NCBI GenBank assembly: GCA_963833985.1
Contig: CAWIAD010000001.1
Coordinates: 864,001 to 928,000, forward strand
Direction: 5' to 3'
Source: an uncultured Planctomycetaceae bacterium
Lineage (GTDB): Bacteria > Planctomycetota > Planctomycetia > Isosphaerales > Isosphaeraceae
DNA length: 64,000 nucleotides
The stretch's first letter is position 1. The number at the start of each line of letters is the position of its first letter. The notes under the pieces are model-generated. The model was not told the origin of the DNA. It made no database searches and worked only from the letters and a program-made list of their open reading frames with translations. Below, in pieces: positions 61,547 through 64,000 of the stretch. A program made the position numbers and the translations under genes.

Positions 61547-64000
61547 GTGTTCTCGCGCTTCTTCATCGACCGCCCGATCTTCGCCTCGGTCCTGTCGATC
61601 ATGATCACGCTGGCGGGAGGCATCACCCTCTTCACGCTCTCGGTGGCGCAGTATCCCGAGATCACGCCCCCGACCGTGGAGGTCTCGGCCTACTATCCCG
61701 GGGCGAACGCCCAGGTCGTCGCCGATACCGTCGCCGCGCCCATCGAGCAGCAGGTCAACGGCGTCGAGAACATGATGTACATGTCGTCGCAGTGTACCAA
61801 TGACGGCACCTACATCCTGACCGTCACCTTCAAGCCGGGCGTCGACCTGAACATGGCCCAGGTGCTGGTGCAGAACCGCGAATCGCTGGCCGAGCCGATC
61901 CTCCCGGACCTGGTCAAGCGGCGCGGCGTCGCGGTGAAGAAGAAGTCGCCCAGCATCCTCATGATCATCAACGTCTTCTCTCCCGACGGCTCCAAGGACA
62001 ACCTTTACCTCAGCAACTACGCCACCATCCAGCTCCGTGACGAGCTGGCCCGGCTTGACGGCGTGGGCGACATCACCTACATCGGCCAGCGCAATTACAG
62101 CATGCGGGTCTGGCTGGACCCGCAGAAGATGACGTTCCGCAACCTCACCTCATCGGATGTGGTCAACGCCATCCAGCAGCAGAACATCCAGGTGGCCGCC
62201 GGCCAGCTTGGCCAGCCGCCGGTCTCCACCGGGCAAGCCTTCCAGTTCACCATCACCACGCTCGGGCGGCTCAGCGACACCGAACAGTTCTCCGAGATGA
62301 TCCTCAAGACCGACAACCTGGGCGGCGTCGTCCGGCTCCGCGACGTGGGCCGGGTGGAGCTGGGCGCGCAGGGCTACGACCAGGAATGCACGCTCGACGG
62401 CCGCCAGACCGTCGCCCTGTCGGTTTATCAACGGCCAGGATCCAACGCCCTGGAGACCGCCAAGCTGGTCCGCCAGAAGATGGAGGAGCTCAAGGAACGG
62501 TTCCCCGAGGGCGTGGATTACGCCATCGTCTATGACACCACGCCGTTCATCACCGAGTCGGTCGCCGAGGTGTTCAAGACGTTGCAGGACGCCGTCGTGC
62601 TGGTGGCCATCGTCGTCCTGCTCTTCCTCCAGAACTGGCGTTCGGCGCTGATTCCGCTCATCGCCGTGCCGGTGGCCATCATCGGCACCTTCGCCGTCAT
62701 GGCGGCGCTCGGATTCTCGCTCAACAACCTGACGCTCTTCGGCCTGGTGCTGGCCATCGGCATCGTGGTGGACGACGCCATCGTGGTGGTGGAGGCCGTC
62801 GAACACCATATCGAGGCGGGGCTGAAACCGCGCGAGGCCACCATCAAGGCCATGGACCAGGTCTCCGCGCCGGTGATCGCGGTGGGGCTGGTGCTCACGG
62901 CCGTGTTCCTCCCCTGTGCCTTCATCACGGGGATCGTGGGCCAGTTTTACCGCCAGTTCGCGCTCACGATCGCGACATCGACGGTGATCTCCGCGTTCAA
63001 CTCGCTGACCCTGAGCCCCGCGCTTTCGGCCCTGCTGCTGCGGCCCCGGCAGAAGGGCGTGTACCAGGCCCTGCCGCGGCTGGCCTTCGTGGCCATTGGC
63101 TGCTGGGCCGGCGCCACAGCGCCGGCGCCCTACCTAGGCACCTGGGGCGAACACATCCTTCCCGAACGCGTCGAGGCCCTGCGCGGCCTTGCCCTCTTAC
63201 GTGACGCTGAACCATGTCTTCTCGGCCGCCGGTGCGGTGCTTGGCGGGCTAGTCGGCTGGCTCGTGAGCCGGCCCCTGAACGCGGTCATGGGCTGGTGCT
63301 TCTACCAGTTCAACCGCGGCTTCGACGCCGCGACCGGCATCTACACCCGCATCGTCAAAGGCTTGCTTCGCGTTGGCCTGGTGGTCCTGGTGATCTACGG
63401 CGGTCTGCTCTACCTGACCTACTGGGGCTTCACGCGCACCCCCACGGGCTTCATCCCCGCCCAGGACAAGGGTTACCTGCTGGTCAACGTCCAGCTTCCC
63501 GACTCGTCGTCGCTCGATCGCACGAAGACGGTGATGCGGCACGTCGAGGCCGTCGCCGACAAGATGCCCGGCGTCACGCACACCCTGTCAATCGCCGGCC
63601 AGTCGATCCTGATGAACGCCAACGCGCCGAACTTCGGCGCCATGTACGTCATGCTCGACGACTTTCACGCCAGGGCAGAGAAAGGCCTGACCGGCCCGGT
63701 GGTAGCGGGACAGGTCCAGGCGGCGCTTCAGAACGAGATCCAGGACGGTCTGGTCAACGTCTTCGAGGCGCCTCCGGTGGACGGCCTGGGGACCGCCGGC
63801 GGCTTCAAGATCGTCATCGAGGATCGAGGCGATCTGGGCACGAGGGAGCTCGAGACGGTGGCCAACAACGTCGTCGCCTCCGGCAACGCCGATTCCCGAC
63901 TCCAGGGGCTGTTCACCAGCTTCCGGGCAAACACACCCTGGCTCTACCTGGACATCGACCGCGAGAAGGCCAAGCTGCTGGGCGTCTCCATCGCCGAGCT
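61547..64000 (+). CDS. RND (HAE1) efflux permease 2, frameshift ~63183, runs off window
   Basis: Translated by hand from GTG 61547: FSRFFIDRPIFA...GIVVDDAIVVVE...GFIPAQDKG; paralogous to permease 1. Confidence 0.9.
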   Translation, partial: MFSRFFIDRPIFASVLSIMITLAGGITLFTLSVAQYPEITPPTVEVSAYYPGANAQVVADTVAAPIEQQVNGVENMMYMSSQCTNDGTYILTVTFKPGVDLNMAQVLVQNRESLAEPILPDLVKRRGVAVKKKSPSILMIINVFSPDGSKDNLYLSNYATIQLRDELARLDGVGDITYIGQRNYSMRVWLDPQKMTFRNLTSSDVVNAIQQQNIQVAAGQLGQPPVSTGQAFQFTITTLGRLSDTEQFSEMILKTDNLGGVVRLRDVGRVELGAQGYDQECTLDGRQTVALSVYQRPGSNALETAKLVRQKMEELKERFPEGVDYAIVYDTTPFITESVAEVFKTLQDAVVLVAIVVLLFLQNWRSALIPLIAVPVAIIGTFAVMAALGFSLNNLTLFGLVLAIGIVVDDAIVVVEAVEHHIEAGLKPREATIKAMDQVSAPVIAVGLVLTAVFLPCAFITGIVGQFYRQFALTIATSTVISAFNSLTLSPALSALLLRPRQKGVYQALPRLAFVAIGCWAGATAPAPYLGTWGEHILPERVEALRGLALLRDAEPCLLGRRCGAWRASRLAREPAPERGHGLVLLPVQPRLRRRDRHLHPHRQRLASRWPGGPGDLRRSALPDLLGLHAHPHGLHPRPGQGLPAGQRPASRLVVARSHEDGDAARRGRRRQDARRHAHPVNRRPVDPDERQRAELRRHVRHARRLSRQGRERPDRPGGSGTGPGGASERDPGRSGQRLRGASGGRPGDRRRLQDRHRGSRRSGHEGARDGGQQRRRLRQRRFPTPGAVHQLPGKHTLALPGHRPREGQAAGRLHRRA

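Noticed and set aside
59350..63190. Programmed frameshifting in both RND genes
   Set aside because: The shift points are not at homologous positions, there is no slippery heptamer, and both sit at CGCG like the other apparent errors.
1..64000. CRISPR array, rRNA or tRNA (including tRNA-Sec)
   Set aside because: No regularly spaced repeat-spacer series or recognisable structural RNA seen; sel genes are not in this window.

Overview
GC-rich chromosomal window from a planctomycete, most likely Isosphaeraceae-like. This is inferred from the DUF1501, DUF1549/1553, DUF1552/1592, TIGR03067, ECF-sigma plus Ser/Thr kinase and PEP-CTERM gene content. In order, the window holds: (i) a minus-strand MoxR AAA+ / DUF58 / BatA / vWA / large coiled-coil / prenyltransferase-repeat operon (1-12200); (ii) a lower-GC accessory patch with REP-like repeats, a TPR gene and a PEP-CTERM gene (12800-17400); (iii) amidase, subtilase, DUF1592/DUF1552, kinase plus ECF sigma, ada-alkA/ogt, an orphan antitoxin and assorted hydrolases; (iv) DUF1549/DUF1501; (v) a TetR-controlled operon with two RND permeases. 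About ten genes carry 1-2 nt indels that look like long-read consensus errors. The standout signal is not an indel: an in-frame TGA (3243-3245) in the large MoxR-operon protein, followed directly by a bacterial SECIS-like hairpin. This makes it a candidate new selenoprotein family. All family assignments come from motif recognition by eye; no searches were run.
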